Below, piece after piece: positions 62,188 through 64,000 of a stretch of 64,000 nucleotides of DNA (the stretch's first letter is position 1; each line of letters starts with the position of its first letter). The notes beneath the pieces are model-generated. The model ran no database searches. It saw nothing but the letters and a program-made list of their open reading frames with translations, and was not told where the DNA came from. Source of the DNA: Dendrobates tinctorius (lineage: Eukaryota); assembly GCF_039654945.1 (NCBI RefSeq), contig NW_027361697.1, forward strand, positions 53,692,001-53,756,000. The letters are read 5' to 3'. Position numbers and translations under genes: made by a program.

Positions 62188-64000
62188 ATGAGGAAGGCTG
62201 GTGGAAGAGGCCGTGGAATTGGGCGGGGGTTGGCAGCTGGTAATGATGGTGTTGGTGGTGGATCTGATGGTAGTGGCAAGAGCAAAATAGGACCGAATGC
62301 AGGAGGTGTTGAGCCTGCGTCATCGTCTGGCTCCATAAGGCTTCGAAGGCTTAGTTTTCTAGGACTGGGCAAACCGCTTTTAAAGCCAGAGCATCAGGAA
62401 AAAGTTTTGTCTTACATTGCTGACTCAGCCTCCAGCTCTATCGCCTCCTCTTCTTCAGTTGTAAAAAGTAAAAGCACTGAGACGTCATTGGAGGCTCATG
62501 TTCATGAACCACACCTTTCCTTGTGTCCTTCACCCCAACCAAGATTGAAGGATGACGCAGGCCATACTACTGATTACTCCATGGAGCTGTTTTCACATAC
62601 CATATCTGGATTATCAAGTCAAATGGTGAATTACCCAGGCCAAGATGAATCTGACATGGAGTGCACTGATGCACAGCCGCTGATGGATGATTCTGCTGGT
62701 ACATTCACTCAGAGCACTACATTGTCCTCGCAGTGTACAGAGCCAGATTCTGACCCTGATGAGACTCAGGTGCCCCTTCCCGCACACTATACCACCATAC
62801 ACGGTGACACAGAGGAAGGTGCACATTACATTGAAGAGGAGGTGATGGATGACCCAGTTGTTGACCCAGATTGGCATCCATTGGGGGAAGAGGGAGCTGC
62901 TTCCAATAGCTCAGATGTGGAGCATCCACAGCAGACATCGACATCGCAACAGCTGTTATCTGGCAGGCCCGGAGCACTCCAAAGACAGGTTCCAAAAATC
63001 AAAAGAGTTGCTGGACAGCTTGTCCAGAGGGTCAAAAGATCACAGCGTGCTAGGCCGCAAAATGTCTGCCAAAGTAGGAAGAGTGCAGTGTGGCACTTTT
63101 TTGAACAAAATCCTCATGATCAGGCCAAGGTTATCTGTAAGAAGTGCGCAAAGACCTTTAGCCGAGGGAAAAATCTGAAAAATTTGAATACCAGTTGCAT
63201 GCTTAGACATTTAACCAGCATGCACTTGCAAGCGTGGACACAACACCAAACCTCAAGTGCCACATGTGCAACTGATCACAACGAAGGTAGTCAGCAACGC
63301 TACATTGTTTCCCCCACTGTAAGCCCACCGGTTAGCACAGCAGCAAATGTTGAGGTGTCGTTGCAAGGCCACAGCAGTCAGGGAATCCCACTGTTATATC
63401 AACGAAAGAATGATTCTAGGCCATCAGAAAGAACACCAACTCCATCACCATCATCAACCCTCTCTCAGTCCGCCCTGTCCACCGCTACTTCCACCATATG
63501 CAGCTCTCAAGTCCAGCTCACCCTCCCAGACACTATGAGTAGGTCAAAAAAGTACTCAGTCTCTCATCCGCGTACACTGGGTTTGAACGCCCGCATTGCC
63601 AAACTAATCTCGTTTGAGATGATGCCCTTTCGGTTGGTGGAAAGCGCAGCTTTCCGCGAACTCATGGCCTATGCAGTACCACGCTATGACCTACCCAGTC
63701 GCCACTTCTTCTCTCGCAAAGCCATCCCAGCCCACCACCATCATGTGAAAGACCGCATTGTCCATGCACTCAAGCAGTCAGTGAGCGGAAAGGTGCACCT
63801 CACAACTGATGCATGGTCCAGTCGGCATGGCCAGGGCCGTTACGTGTCCATCACTGCGCACTGGGTTAATGTGGTGGATGCAGGGTCCACAGGGGACAGT
63901 GGTGGTGGGACAGTGCTGCCTAGCCCACGGTATAGAAAACAGTTGGCTGTAGGCGTTCGACCCTCCTCCTCCTCTTCCTCCTCCTCCAGAAGCGAAAGCT
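62188..64000 (+). CDS. hAT transposase (ZBED-like), 5' partial, open for 604 codons to the window end
   Basis: Manual translation: MRKAGGRGRG..., BED finger KSAVWHFF..CKKC..MLRHLTSMH, MMPFRLVE, LPSRHFF and VHLTTDAWSS. No stop codon. Confidence 0.92.
   Translation, partial: MRKAGGRGRGIGRGLAAGNDGVGGGSDGSGKSKIGPNAGGVEPASSSGSIRLRRLSFLGLGKPLLKPEHQEKVLSYIADSASSSIASSSSVVKSKSTETSLEAHVHEPHLSLCPSPQPRLKDDAGHTTDYSMELFSHTISGLSSQMVNYPGQDESDMECTDAQPLMDDSAGTFTQSTTLSSQCTEPDSDPDETQVPLPAHYTTIHGDTEEGAHYIEEEVMDDPVVDPDWHPLGEEGAASNSSDVEHPQQTSTSQQLLSGRPGALQRQVPKIKRVAGQLVQRVKRSQRARPQNVCQSRKSAVWHFFEQNPHDQAKVICKKCAKTFSRGKNLKNLNTSCMLRHLTSMHLQAWTQHQTSSATCATDHNEGSQQRYIVSPTVSPPVSTAANVEVSLQGHSSQGIPLLYQRKNDSRPSERTPTPSPSSTLSQSALSTATSTICSSQVQLTLPDTMSRSKKYSVSHPRTLGLNARIAKLISFEMMPFRLVESAAFRELMAYAVPRYDLPSRHFFSRKAIPAHHHHVKDRIVHALKQSVSGKVHLTTDAWSSRHGQGRYVSITAHWVNVVDAGSTGDSGGGTVLPSPRYRKQLAVGVRPSSSSSSSSRSES

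Larger units (their letters stand above)
58710..64000 (+). mobile_element. Young hAT element (5' part, runs off the window)
   Basis: TAGAGTTGAGCGAA terminus at 58710, CCGAC-rich subterminus, promoter motifs and an open transposase ORF. Confidence 0.92.

Overview
A 64-kb eukaryotic window made almost entirely of transposable elements, with no recognisable host gene. The element repertoire (V-type SINE, CR1, L1, Gypsy, copia, Tc1/mariner, hAT, Harbinger, TTAA elements) resembles a large-genome frog; that taxonomic call is inference. Main structures: (1) an 11.7-kb hAT element (17079-28800, TSD GTTGCAAC) with a disrupted BED/DDE transposase, two ~200-bp tandem arrays and a same-family non-autonomous copy nested in the opposite orientation; (2) a 3.9-kb Harbinger derivative (30508-34438, TAA TSD) whose transposase is collapsed to a 37-aa remnant but which keeps an apparently intact 7-exon, 616-aa MADF protein gene with a Tyr/Gln/Pro hexapeptide-repeat tail; the ORF track shows only fragments of this gene; (3) two copies of a TTAA-flanked element that carries telomere-like repeats internally; (4) a nested stack of Gypsy, SINE, L1 and CR1; (5) a mariner split by a TTAA element; (6) a young hAT from 58710 with a 20 x ~130-bp array and a transposase frame open for 604 codons to the window edge, absent from the ORF track. 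There is a 141-N assembly gap. Everything was read by eye, without database searches; family names rest on protein motifs and terminal structures.
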